Shown: positions 11,123-24,900 of the stretch, piece by piece
Position numbering within the stretch: the stretch's first letter is position 1
How the letters are laid out: each line of letters starts with the position of its first letter
DNA from: Octopus bimaculoides
Lineage: Eukaryota
Assembly (NCBI RefSeq): GCF_001194135.2
Contig: NC_068983.1
Span: 89,824,799-89,888,798, forward strand
Length of the DNA: 64,000 bases
Direction: 5' to 3'
Position numbers and translations under genes: made by a program
The notes under the pieces: generated by a model
The model's input: only the letters and a program-made list of their open reading frames with translations
Databases searched by the model: none
Told to the model about the DNA's origin: nothing

Positions 11123-12449
11123 CCAACATCAGAATCAAGTGAATTAACCATAAATAACCATCCTTTCCCAATATTTACAAAAAAAAGAGACCGATTACCA
11201 TATAATCATATATTTTCCTTCTATATTTGCAAAACTTATTCAATTTAAACACAAGCTCTCTATATATTTATCGTGATTATAATATATTGTATGATTCTTG
11301 TATCATAAATGAAATGTCAACAAGCCGAAATCGAATTTGACATGTTGCAAGTTTAGACTCTTCCCTATTTCACACTTATACAACTTGAATTTTAAGTTTA
11401 CCGCCGAGTGAAGAGTTCGAAGCGGGAGTAAACAAATCTGGCAAGTGCACTGGTACTTAGCATGCTGGGAATGTAACCGTATATACCAAATGGACCAATG
11501 AAAAGGCTCTAGTCGAAGGGGATTGTCAATAACGGTGACGATGATGTTGACAATGAGAGGGGAGAAGAGCTTTAGAGATAGGCTTTTAACGGCTAAGAGT
11601 GGCAGTTAATTGGAGAAGGGGAGGTAAAAAGTAAAACAGAGTTGGTAACGATTATAAAGAGAGGGGGACAAAGAAAATAAAAAAATTATTCCAGTGTGTC
11701 GTTTGAGTAAAGTAGGAGTCGAAAGTGTAAGAGGTCGGAGAGAAGTAATCTGTTTTGTGGGGAGAAGTGTGAGGAGAGCTTGAGACATCGTAAGGCCGAA
11801 GGCCTGGTCTCAACTATTTTGTTCATTTTTTTAAGGGAGTTTCCAAATTTTAAACTATGAAAGGTTTGTAATCATTAGATACACAATTTTACTTATATTT
11901 TCCACCTCATTTCTGTTACATTTTCAACATTTTGTTTTCCCCAAACATGTTTTGTGTTTTTGAATGTTTCTTTTACCCTCTCTTACCAATTTAAATAGTT
12001 TGGTTGAAAAAATCTATCAATTTCCTTTTGGTTTGATGAATTGAACAGAGTGGCCAATATTTTAAAACATTTATTGCAAAGTAGTGTTATATAGTCGATT
12101 CTAAAATTTTACGCAATTCATTAATGCAAATATTTGTATAGATACGACGTATATTTAAATTCTGTTTAAAAACAAAATATACTTGATTTTAAAATTAAGA
12201 TCTAATTTATAAATATGTATTTAAAGCAGATACTTGATTAAGTTAAATGAGTATGCTTATATTTATTTGTATCCACACCACTTTATTTGGAGTTATAACG
12301 ATTAAAAAAAAAAAAAGACTAGATGTTTCGTATTAAAAAAACTTAGTATTTCATTTTGCAGAATACTAATTTCTCACATGGACTGTCTAAATTCATTAAA
12401 ATAGAAATACTGAATAGGAATTTATTCTACGTCTTTAATATTAAGAATA

Positions 12450-12745
12450 GTTTAGTACGCTGGGCGAAATGCTTAGCGGCATTTCATCCCTCCTCACGTT
12501 CTGAGTTCAAATTCCGCTGAGGTCGACTTTGCATTTCAGCCTTTCGGAGTTGATAAAATAAGTACCAGTTGAGCACTGGGGTCGATGTAATCAACTTACA
12601 TTCTCTCCCTCCCCGAAATTGCTGCCTTTGTACCAAAATTTGAGATCAATATTTAAAATGATTTTAAAGCGGCGAGCCAGCAGAATCGTTTGCACGCTGT
12701 ATTCCTTCCGACTTGAGTACCAGTCGAGCACTTGGGTCGATACAA
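12450..12745 (+). mobile_element. Two adjacent family-1 SINE copies, first well preserved
   Basis: GAGTTCAAATTCCGCTGAGGTCGACTTTGCATTTCAGCCTTTCGGAGTTGATAAAATAAGTACCAG. Confidence 0.75.
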
Positions 12746-13345
12746 TTTTCTGGCCTTTTTCGTGAATCTCTTTTTATGGGGGCTGACCTTTTTCGTGAAC
12801 CTATTTTCATAGGGGCTTTGTTTTCAATTAGAATATTGAATAAAATCTCATTTTATTTGATTCCTAAGTCTTAAAATTTCTCGGTGTTTGTGTCTGTTGT
12901 CTGGATAATGTTGATGCTATACAAACACTCCCACCTCCCCAACACTGCAACCGATGTTCACAAGAAAATAATTTACTTATCTCTTTGTATATTAAACCTC
13001 GAATAGTTGCTCAAAAGCAACTATTTATTTTCATTCATACTTCGGAAGTATTTTCTTTCTATTTCAACATTAACTTAAACATTGGTTTGTTGTATTTTTG
13101 TTTATAAACTGAATATTCGGACACACACGCATGGAATTGCTAGTAGAATTCACTCTGAGAGAATGAATGGAAGTGCTTGAATTAAATTGAAAGTTGAGGA
13201 GAAAGAAGCATCAAATTACTTTGTATTATTGTTTTTGTTTTGTCTTTTTCTTTTTGGCAACTTTCTATATTTTCATACTTTGCCTGGCTCTCTTCAAACC
13301 GTAACTGTTCTCAACTTTTAACGGACTTGTAACTCCCCCCCCCCC

Positions 13346-13860
13346 NNNNNNNNNNNNNNNNNNNNNNNNNNNNNNNNNNNNNNNNNNNNNNNNNNNNNNN
13401 NNNNNNNNNNNNNNNNNNNNNNNNNNNNNNNNNNNNNNNNNNNNNNNNNNNNNNNNNNNNNNNNNNNNNNNNNNNNNNNNNNNNNNNNNNNNNNNNNNNN
13501 NNNNNNNNNNNNNNNNNNNNNNNNNNNNNNNNNNNNNNNNNNNNNNNNNNNNNNNNNNNNNNNNNNNNNNNNNNNNNNNNNNNNNNNNNNNNNNNNNNNN
13601 NNNNNNNNNNNNNNNNNNNNNNNNNNNNNNNNNNNNNNNNNNNNNNNNNNNNNNNNNNNNNNNNNNNNNNNNNNNNNNNNNNNNNNNNNNNNNNNNNNNN
13701 NNNNNNNNNNNNNNNNNNNNNNNNNNNNNNNNNNNNNNNNNNNNNNNNNNNNNNNNNNNNNNNNNNNNNNNNNNNNNNNNNNNNNNNNNNNNNNNNNNNN
13801 NNNNNNNNNNNNNNNNNNNNNNNNNNNNNNNNNNNNNNNNNNNNNNNNNNNNNNNNNNNN
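13346..13860. other. Assembly gap flanked by poly-C and poly-T
   Basis: N run. Confidence 1.
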
Positions 13861-14049
13861 TTTTTTTTTTTTTTTTTTTTTTTTTTCTCTTCAAAGTTTG
13901 TCCGGATAAAATGTTTAATCTGCTATTCACGATGTGACTAGCAAGTGTTCAGTCATAAAATATATAGGTTTCCTTCCATGTTTTACTTTTTAAATAGAAA
14001 TTCCAGTCTGGCAATTATCTAAATTATTTTTCTGTATTTATTTAATCTC

Positions 14050-14351
14050 CAAAGTTATGATTTAATTTCATTGGAAGTGATTCTCACCAAAAAGTTTTCG
14101 CGATGTTGTTCCTTTAAACTGAATAGTTTTATCTTAATTACACAATTACAATCTATCTTGTATTTGATTATATAATTGACATGTCTGTTTTTGTATGAAG
14201 AATGTTCCAAATTTGACATGACCATCGTTAATTAGAACTCTTGTCTAGACATGTCTTGTGATGTTAAGTTTCCTTGGCAATAACACAAGACAATTTATTG
14301 TTCAGCAGCTGGCCACTCGCCATGTACATTGTGTTGTATATAGATAGATAC
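14050..14351 (+). promoter_or_regulatory. Putative CCNF promoter and first exon region
   Basis: ATTGG 14070-14074, E2F-like TTTCGCG 14096-14102, CHR-like TTTAAA 14113-14118, gccATG at 14322 and strong donor |gtgcgt at 14352. Motif-level evidence only. Confidence 0.35.
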
Positions 14352-15439
14352 GTGCGTACTTATCTGTCTGTTGTACTACTGCAATTTTTTGAAAATCTGT
14401 TTTCATCTTATATTTTCATAACAAATCCTGGATGGCATGGATTTGTTTGTAACCTTTAGTGATGTTTTACTTTTTGTACTCCGTCCTAATTATGATTAGA
14501 TTTCTATACAAAAAGCTGGCCCTTCCAGGTAATTTGATTTATTTTGTCTTTGGTATTTGCCATTTTGATGTAAACCTATTGAATTTAATGTAGCTTAGGA
14601 CCACATCTGATTGTGATTGGAATTTATGGTATATATTTTGTTAGGAGGGGTGTCCCCCCCCCCTCCCTGTTTAGTGTCGTACGAGATATTTTGTTGAACA
14701 CATTTTCCGAAAATACCAAAAACTAAAAAAGTTACAAGCAGTGAAATGGTGTGCTTAGATCAAAACTCTGCTTTTGGTCTTGTGTTAATAAGATTATATA
14801 CTTTATTAGGTACTCAAATATTTTATTCTCCAAAACTACCGAGAAATTGTAGAAAATCAAGAGGTGCAAATGTTCCTGAATTGAGAATAGTTTTCTCACA
14901 CTATAAGGGCACATCTTTCTTCATCTCTGTCAGCTGCTTGTTTGTGTGCTTGTCTCGGTTTACATTTGAACATTTATAACTGCCTCCAAGCAGTTGGTAG
15001 TTAGAAACTGTGAGAGGCGGGCATGTCAGTCACTGGATGTACTCTAGTGACTGGTTACGGAAGACTGCTGCTGAAGTGGAGATGAAGTCTGTGTCCATAT
15101 TAGGACGATGGCCTAAATATGGATATGGTCATCTATTCTTTCAATAAATGATTAAGAATAAATTTGGATGCACTCTTGACGAAAGCTTTACTAATCTAAA
15201 CCAACATAAAGAAGTGTGTGTATCTATGTATGCAAACACGCACACGCACCTTTCGCCCTCTTAACTTTTTTTGTTTTTATTAATTTAAATTTCGGTCATA
15301 CTCTTTCCGTGCACTCATTTTTAAAACAAACTCATCCAACATCAGTTTTACTGACATTTTTAACCATTCCTTTTATTCGACGTTTTAGATACAGATTGCT
15401 ATTATATACAGGCTCATTTTGGTATTCTGAATTTTGCAG

Positions 15440-15615
15440 TGATACGAAGTTTAAGCAGCCTTCAAAGGGGGTCAGAGAGTGCTTTTATACCCATCCACGT
15501 GACAGCAACAGGACCTCGGACCCGAAGCAGGGTCACTATTTGGAATCTCCCTGAAGAAATTCTTATATTACTGCTGAAAGAACTTCATATTAAAGAGTTA
15601 TTAAATATGAGAGCT
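15440..15615 (+). CDS. CCNF: CCNF exon, F-box N-terminal part (..RVTIWNLPEEILILLLKELHIKELLNMRA)
   Basis: Acceptor ttttgcag| at 15439 (phase 1; an in-frame phase-0 acceptor at 15411 is also possible); donor GCT|gtaagt. Confidence 0.9.
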
Positions 15616-18600
15616 GTAAGTGACTTGTTTCCTCTCCTGCCCAATCTGATGCCGTTATTTAATTTTCATATTTAAATTCCTGCTAAACTTGATATTCTCC
15701 AAACTGTTTATCTACTCAATTATAGTTTAATGACTCTTCTGCTTGTCTGTTTTTCCTGTCTCATTTATTGGGGGTTAGCATTTTTATGTTGTCATCTGAG
15801 CAGCTATGGAATAGACAATTTGGTAGGCTTATTTCTGTATAAAAAATAACAATGACCATATGTCTTCTTGTTTTACTTTGGAAATTATCCATCCTGTGTG
15901 TATGTTTCCAACTATCTTCTCCACTATTCTTTGGAGGGCCTTTTGGAATAAGTCCTCAAGCACATTCTCCTATGGTTCACTCCCAAGCATGATATTGTCC
16001 AACCAGCTTGTCCTTGATCTACCCTAAGGTCTTCTGCATGTTGGCTTGGCTTGAGAAAAACCATCTTGTGATTCTCTCCTGTGACATTTTAATCACATGT
16101 CCATAGTACCGCAGCTGTGACTTTTCTCTGCAGAGGAATAGTGGTTCAACCTGAAGATCTCCGGGTTATGCGCCTTGTTGAAAGACATTACTCCAGAGAT
16201 TTTTTGGAGGAGCCCCACTTCAGCCACTTATTTTTCACAATCATACTCTTTCGGTCATTGCCCAACATTCATGACCATAGGTGAGGATAGGCATGAAAAC
16301 CAATATCTGAGGATTAGATGCTGCAATTCTATGAAATTACCCTGCACTTCTTACCTCCAATTCAACCTCCTGCTTCCCACCATTCATGAATGCGTCTTGT
16401 GATAAATACAGAGGTGTTGCAAGTGTTTCATAATGTCCCCAGGCAAAGTACAATTTTAATGGTCAAAAGTTTTCATGTGTGTTTAAATCTTACAAAGATT
16501 GATCTGGGTGGATTGAAAAGGTTGTCATGTCTATTGTAATTCTATGGTAACTCTTCATTTTCAACTATTAACAAATATCACCTATATTTTCAGGTTCATC
16601 CCTATTTCCAAAATCTCATTGATAACAGTTTGTCTATATGGTCTGTTGTTAACTTCCAAGATTCCTGGCCATCACCAAATAATATCAAGCATTTCGAGAA
16701 GTGAGTAGAAAAATTCAAGAATGCTATCAGTTTTTGTTTTTTTATGCACACTTTAAACTTTGAAGTTGTAATTTATATTTATATATACACTAAAGTTTTG
16801 TCCTTAACTTTAGAAAGCATAGATTAGTTTATAACGTGTGTGCATCTCTCTCTCTCTCTCCTCATACACACACACACACACACACACAGAGTGGTAACAT
16901 AAATGACCTTTGTACAATTCTCTAGTAAATTAATTTGTATATGATTAAGAAAATCTTTTCTTTCTTTCAAATAAGTTTAAATGGTCTGTGATTCTAGAAC
17001 AATTAGTATTAAATGTTGTATCTCTTTTTAAAGAAATTTATCTGAGTTTCCTTTTTAGAACTTCTATATACCATTTATAGAAACAACCTATAAAGAGACT
17101 GATAATTTATTTTTAAACAAGTTCTAGTTTGATTTTACTCATTGATAACATTGAAGAATTTAATATACTTACGGAACTTGAAGAAATTGAAACTTGGCAA
17201 TCCATTTGCACAAGATCATTTTATTTTATTTTATTTTTTTGCTCATAATTGGTTTTTAAATATTAATGGATTAAGTGTGTGGGGAGGGGTAATTCTTATA
17301 CACTCACAACTTTTCCAAGAGAAGATCAAGTATACATTACATGAGTGACTTGAACAAATTTTGTAGAAAAAGTTTTTGTTTTTGTTTTTTTTTTACATAG
17401 TGAAAGTAAAGCAGAATCTGTTAAAATCATAAAAGTGACACAAAATAGCAGAAAATATTTATATATGTACTCATTTGTTCATAGTTGGAGCTAATTTTCT
17501 GTTTTTACCTTTGAGAAAGGCATCTCACAATCTCGATTTCTTCTTTTATAAATTTGTAGCATGTCTAAGTAAGAATTCATCTTGTTACTAGTATATGATA
17601 TTTTAGTGGCAGAAACTAAACATAGAATACAACACAGTGGTCTTTAGTTCTCTGTATTAAATTTAATTTCTGCTGGGTATAACTTTGCTTTACATTAAAT
17701 ATATAATTTGCAAACTTTGTGCCAATGCACAAAAAAAAAGTCATTGTTATTTTTGTCCTAAAAGATAAATCTTAGGCTTTCTCATATTTTTCAGTGCTGC
17801 CAGTCAGTGTAACGTTGAAGCTTTGGTGAAATTAGCTCTGGCGCATCTTTATAATGAAGGATGTATGTATCTGCTCCTAAGTTTATTTTATTTTATAAAC
17901 TCTTACTTACTGCATTTAACATAACCCTTAGCTTAAGTCAATCAAATTTACATGTTTTATGCAGTTGATTGACTTATGTAATTTAAAACTACACTTAATT
18001 GCAATGATGAAACTTTATCAAACATTAAATCTTATTTAGTATATGGTTTGTAAAATTGTGGAAACTTTCTAATGAAATTTTATGTGAATCTTTGCAGTAC
18101 CTGGTGATAAAGAAAATAAACAAATAACACATAATGGCTTTGTTGCTGCTGAGATGTTTTGTAAAGTGGAAAGGTTATGTTCAAGTTCTGATCCCTTCTG
18201 TTGGCTGTTCATTCGCCCTCCATGGTCTCTAAATGGTGCATGCTGCAAAGAATGTGTTTTTACCTACCTCAGGATCTATTTACGTAGGGTTAGTTTCTTT
18301 TTCCTTTTTCTTGAGCAATCAGTCTGATAAGACAGAACAGTACCTATTGCCTTTAACAGTTGTTTTTAGAGATGAAGTAAAAGGTTAACTCAGTTTAGTA
18401 TAAACTGCAAAGTAGTCAGTGATAGGACTTCCACCTGTAAAAGCCATGCCAAACACAACCAGGATGGTCTATTTCTTTTGTTGGTATATGTGCCAAATGA
18501 TGGAGGACAACAAGAGCTGTCCAATCAATGCAAGTATAGGAAAACTGATATAAAAAATGTTTGTGGCTAATAAAAGGGTTCAACTGGGCTGTTCAATATT

Positions 18601-18950
18601 TAGTAGACATTTGATGGAAGGAGTTGAAAAATAACAAGAAATGAAGGGGTATTTTTGAAAAGGTAAAATATTTTGTAATAGAAACTGGTTTTAGCTTTAT
18701 TAGTTATAGGCCTCTACTCCAAACAGAAACATGAATGGCTTTTAACTTGTATTTTCATTTAAGGTAAGTTTGCATTGTTCAGAATATAATTTAGGAATAT
18801 TTTTAGGATAGAATGTTGTGTAGCTAGCAGCAGATATTGAACTATAACTTGGTATTGCATATTGCTGCATCAACTACTTGGGTTGGCTAGTATGGGGAAC
18901 AGTTAGCTAACTGAGTCCTGGTTCATCAACAACTGGAATTCACTAGGAGC

Positions 18951-18995
<45 letters not shown>

Positions 18996-21900
18996 GCAAA
19001 ACCCAAGACAGCCTTATCTGTTGTTTCAGGTGGCTGATCCTAAAATACAGATCTGTGTTGTAAAGACTATAATGCTTCTGGGAGAAGAAGGAAGTCAACA
19101 GGAAACAATGTCATTGCTGGAAGAAGCTAAGGAACAAGGATCTGCTGCAGCTGCTTTCATGCTATGGGAGAAGAAATATATAAACAATGTAAGTCTTTTA
19201 TGCTGTTGTAAACTTTTTGTTTGGTTCATAAGGGGGGTTTTTCTCGTTTAATTAACATGCTTTGCTAGCTGCAACATTGATTACTATTCCAAACACTTTC
19301 ACTATCAAAATCAATTCATTACATCGGTCACCTCATCACAAGATTTTATTTTTATAATGAAGCATCTGCATTGAATATGAAATGGCATTTTATTATTCTC
19401 TGGTCAGCATAAAATTTGAAGCTCACTATTCATGAGATAGACTAATGTCCCATAAACTCACTGGGTTATTAAAGTGCCACTACAAACTTTATTAAGGAAA
19501 GATTATTCCTTATCCATAATGAAACTATGCTAACAAAACTTGTTTTTCTACTAGGTAGACAAGGACATTAAAAGTTAGGTGCCTTGTCCTGTTCATGACA
19601 CTTCTCAGCTGGTAGGTGGACACATTACTAACTTAATCAATCACAACTCTGAAATAATTTTTAAACACTATTATTGTTGATAAAAATAAACTTCTGTCTG
19701 ATGGAAGTCATGATATTAAAAAAAAAAAGCCAAAATATTGTTCTGTACTGTTTCAGAAACAGTAAGAACATGTAAAATGAAAGATAAAACCATTTAGCTG
19801 TAGATAGATTTCCCTAAATGATTAAAATGCTAGTCTGCTGCTTAAAAAATGTAAACACATATACATTAGTTTGATTTCAATTAATATTCAGAACCATTTA
19901 AATTAAACCTTAAAAACGTTTTGTTCTGTTTTGTAACGATAGCAAAATTTGGAGCCTTCTGAGGAACTAGAAAGCATCAGAGAACTACGTGATATTGCCA
20001 GTAGTGGGAATTTAAATGCTCAACTCACCCTTTGCCATTACTACGCTTCATCAAAGTTTGGTGGTCTTCATCAAACCCAAGCTGCTGCTTTCATACGGGA
20101 TTTTGTGCACTCCTCAAAATCTTCCTCAATTCAAAAGATATTCCGATGCAATCATGAACTTACACCAAATATGAGGTAATTTCAGGCTCCTAACCTCTTT
20201 CTGCATGTCAAAAGGCAGTTTTTATATTTACTTTTTTTTTTTTTCATATTGGCTCACTGTTACTCTAGCAGTCATGCACTTTTGGGTAGCTGCCATATCT
20301 TCATTAAATTGTGCTTCTACCTAATCAATGACTGCTTATCTATCACTAACAAGCTGCAGTGATTCCAGCTATTTATTAGTTTTAGTTTTGTTCATCTACA
20401 GTCTTTCCAGATTTTAAACATCCCTAACAGATCTTTGATTCTGCTATAAGATCCAGATCATCTGCAAATGGGCTCCACCCATGGACAGACAATTTCTGCT
20501 GTTAGGGTTTCTTGAACTTTGATGAAGATGAGAAGGCTCAGGATAGAGCCTTGATGAACTTCAAATTGCTCACCATATGGTCAATCCTGACCTTGTAGTT
20601 CCCTCATACATGAACTTGAAAGCTCTCATGAGCCACCCTGTCAGATACTTTATTTAAATCTACAAAGGTGAGATATTATTTATTCAACACAAATGTTTCC
20701 CTTTGTGGATGTTTCATTAAGGATGTTACTTGTTGCAACAATAAATGTTTTTTAATCATTACTTCAAATATTCACTTCCAGGTACATCTTGGTTGATTGG
20801 CTTGTGGAAGTTGCTGAAATGAAAGAATTGTCTAGTCAAACTTTGCATGCCTCCATTGCTTTGATGGATCGATATTTAAAAATCCATCCAACTTCCAGAG
20901 GGGTCTTGCAGCTTCTTGGTGTGGTGTCAATGTTAGTTTGTTCAAGGTGAGTCTTCTCCACTTGCCAGTATTTTGAGTAGTACATGCCATTTACTGTTAG
21001 TATACAGAAATATGATAAACTGTGAACTAGGTAGGTACAGGTGGTAAGACATTTGCTTCCCAACCACATGGTTCTATACCACTGCATGGCACCTAGGCCA
21101 AGTATCTTACTATAGCTCAGACAATGAGTGGATTTGGTAGACGGAAACTGAAAGAAACCCATCACGTGTGTGTGTCTGTGCTTGTCCCCCACCACCACTT
21201 GACAACCAATGTTGGTGTGTTTATGTCCTTCTGACTTAGCAGTTTGGTAAAAGAGACTGATAGAATAAGTACTGGGGTTGATTTGTTCAACTAAAATTCT
21301 GCATGGTGGTACGCCAACATGGTTGTAGTTTAATGACTGAAACACCTGAAGACAGCTCTGGAACCTAACACATGCATTTTTCAATGTCTCTGGGAAGATC
21401 TTTTTTTTTTTTTGGCACACACACACTCAAGAAACTTTCTACTCTTAGTTTCGCCTCCTTATACAGAAATGATGCAGAGATTCGTTTTATATGTAGCAAA
21501 TTTATCTCCTATTAAGATTTTTAGGGGATGAGAAACAAATGAAGTAGAATGTTGTAGCTCATTTGAAACATGTCAATTTATGTTTCAGTGACTGATAGAA
21601 ACAACTTCTAACTTGAGTACAACACAGTCCACAGTTGATATCTAGTTTATTATTAACCTGAGAAAAATGAAAGACAAAGTTAACTTGAGTATGGTTATAT
21701 AACACATGGTATTCTGTCCACTACTCTACTAATTTTGCCAGCAAGCTAAGACATTTCTTATTGATGTACTTGTATATATTTTTAAAACTCTTTACACATT
21801 TTCTTTTTTCCTTCTTTAGATATTTAGGTAAAGATATAATTACAATTCGTGAAGCAGCTTGGTTAACTGACAACACATACAAATATGAAGATGTTGTGAA

Positions 21901-24900
21901 AATGATGGGGGAAATCGTAGCCACTTTAAAAGGGAGCATCAGGGTAAGTAAAATATCTTTGTTTTTGTTTTTTGTTTCCTCCAAGGGTAAGTAATATCCT
22001 TATTCTGATATTTACCAAAAGCAAAGCTAAAGTTTATTTTATGGTTGTCACAACTTTATGGCTGAATGGCTATGGCAGTGACAAACAGCTTCTGGTCTTG
22101 TAAGTTATAACTTGAAAGTTTCATGCAAGTGCTACCAATTGAAGGCTCCGCATACTGGATGGTAGCAAGTTTATGGAGTCATCAGGGGAAAAAGCACACT
22201 GTTTCGAGGTCTACCTCCCAATGGCATCATTGTGCACTTGCTAGATCAACTGGTTGTCAGGTTTCGCTCAGTATTCTCCTAGCCATTGCTTATCATCTAA
22301 GCTTTTGTAAATTTAACTTTTTTTCAGTGTATGACTGTTTTCAAATTAAGATCTATTTCTTCTTTCAGAGACCAACAAGTCTTGACTTTGCAACAATATT
22401 TTGTTTGTTAGATGAAATGGATTCAGTCAGTCATAGTTTGGTCAATTACATCTGTGAACTCTGTTTACTTCATTCAGAGTTGGGTCAATACTCAGCTGCA
22501 GAGATGGCAGCAAGTGCTTTCATTTTGTCTCGCATCATATTAAAGTCTGGTATGTCACCTCTTGCTTCTACTTATCTTAGTATATTGTTCTTTTGGTATT
22601 CTAGTTGTATGCATCCTTTACTTTTTCTTATAAGTGACCTATGTAAGACTTGTAACTGCTTCTCTGCTAACAATTCTCATTTTTGATTTTTCTGATAAAA
22701 ATAAGATAGCTTCTACATAGTCACTTGAAATAGCAGCTACATCTCTAATATTATCCTATTGTTTTAAATAAACAGAAGGGTACATTTGATATGCTACTGT
22801 ATGGAGGACCATATGACATGGTAGTGACTTGAAATTGGTCTGCTGGACCAAGGTCAACCTCGGGCTAATCAACAACAATTTTGATTTCACCAAAATTCTC
22901 CATGATAAAGAAGCCGGTTTTACATTTAAAAGTCACTTATATGTGACTCTTGCCGACACTTATAATTGATTGGTGTAGATTGAAAAAGATTTAGGGCAAT
23001 GGGAGAGTGGCCAATTTATAATTACTTGTAACACTTTATAGGTAAAACGGGGTTTTTGTACCCTGGGTTAAATATTTTTAAGGTAACAGCTGGATGTATA
23101 AGGATACAGGTTTAAAGAATATTGTGTGTGTGTATAACGTTTGTAGAGATGGTCTTGTTTGTGTCTAGCAGATTTTGAATTACTCTTTTGAAAGCTATTT
23201 GTATCCTGAAGTACATTTCTTATGCAGATCTCCTATGGCCAGAAAAAATGGTACTGTTTACTGGAGTTTGTCTTCGGGATCTTAGTGCTTGTGTTATACA
23301 CATACATAGAAAGTGGTATGTATTTTCTGTCTGTTCCTTTTATGATAGACCTTACAAACAACAGGAACTTTTAACTGTTTGGGTTTAATAGCTTAAAGCA
23401 CTAGTGGACATATAGCTTCCCTGAAAGTTACCATTTGAATATAAATACTTAATTTGTAGACATTGATATTTCTGTTAGCATTCTATTCAGCCATAGTGTT
23501 AATGCTTGTTGGGCAAACTAGATCAAACAATTATGTGCTGTCTTAAGGGACCATGTCTAGTCTAACACCTTGAATTTTCCACTAGTGTGTTGCTTTAAAT
23601 TATGGTTTGTTGACAGTAAAAATAGGCTAATTCAGAGTGTAAGCAATGTTTTGAGTTATTGGGCCCGGGATATGTTGGATATAAATTGTCTATAGAAATT
23701 ATTTGCTTTTATTTATATTAAACATATTCCAATTTATTTTTCTCTATTCAGCTTTTTTGAGGGTGTTGTTATTGATCATCGGGATGTTGTCTTGCAAGCT
23801 GTCAAACTACGATATAGTAATGAAAATTTTGATAAAGTTAGTGATAGAACGGTAAGTTGGCAGGTTTTCTGTTAAGCTTTAAATGTTTGTACTGTAAATT
23901 ATTTAATATATGCTATTGGCCAGCATTCCTACCAGAAAGACTTTTTGTTTCTGTATTTCACTGATGAGAGTTTAAGCCTTTTGTTACCAAATTTCTGTTG
24001 AAATACATTGCCTTTGAAAATAATGAAGAATTCAGTAAAATAACTTTGTCATTGTTAAGATGGTGTTTGGAACATAAATTAATATAAAATTTTGATGTAA
24101 AGCTATTGATAACTTTGGATAACTTCAAACTGGAAGTTTGTAATCACAGAACCGGGGATTGTCTCGGGCAGGCAGGCATTGTATCAATAAGGTTAAAATC
24201 TTAAATATATATTTTAGCAAGGTTTTTGGACTCTAATATAGAGTGAATTCTGATAGTGAATGAATACATTGTCTAATATTGGCTATAGTTTGCAAATGTT
24301 AAAGGTTTTGAATTTTTTGTTTATTGGAATAATTGAAGGAATAGGGTACAATTCCAAATCTAACACTTATCAGCACTTATAATTTTTAATAGTGTTTAAG
24401 CAAATTTTTCTCTGACACTAGGGAATTGTATACCCAGAGTCTAAACTATTGAGATATTTTTGATGTGTATCACATTAAAAGCTGTATCAGCATGCTTGTG
24501 TATTTGCATTGCATGGAGTATTTTGCTTTAAAGAAACATGGAATTTGAGTATATTTAATGCTTTGTGTGTAGTTAAATTTACCCTATGCATTTGTGGCAG
24601 ATTGAAAAGTATACAATTTACATTATTTATGAGTACAAATTCTTCATCTTAGACTTTCACACATTTTTAACTAAAATGGTATACAGCACAATCAACTTGT
24701 AAAAGAAATAATTTTCAGCTCTGTCTCATCTCAAACCATTTCACTTCACAATCTTACGAACCCTACCACCCACTCACTCAGCCCAGTCTTATGTACCTTG
24801 AGGATATGTCCCGACATGTCACCATATCTCTGCCCCCCATCCAACTGAGGTATCCTTATCTCTATTCTTTTAACTTCTCATCAACTAGTGCAAAGCCACT

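Noticed and set aside
18000-18090. Box C-like ATGATGA in a CCNF intron
   Set aside because: No matching box D or terminal stem, so a snoRNA is not supported
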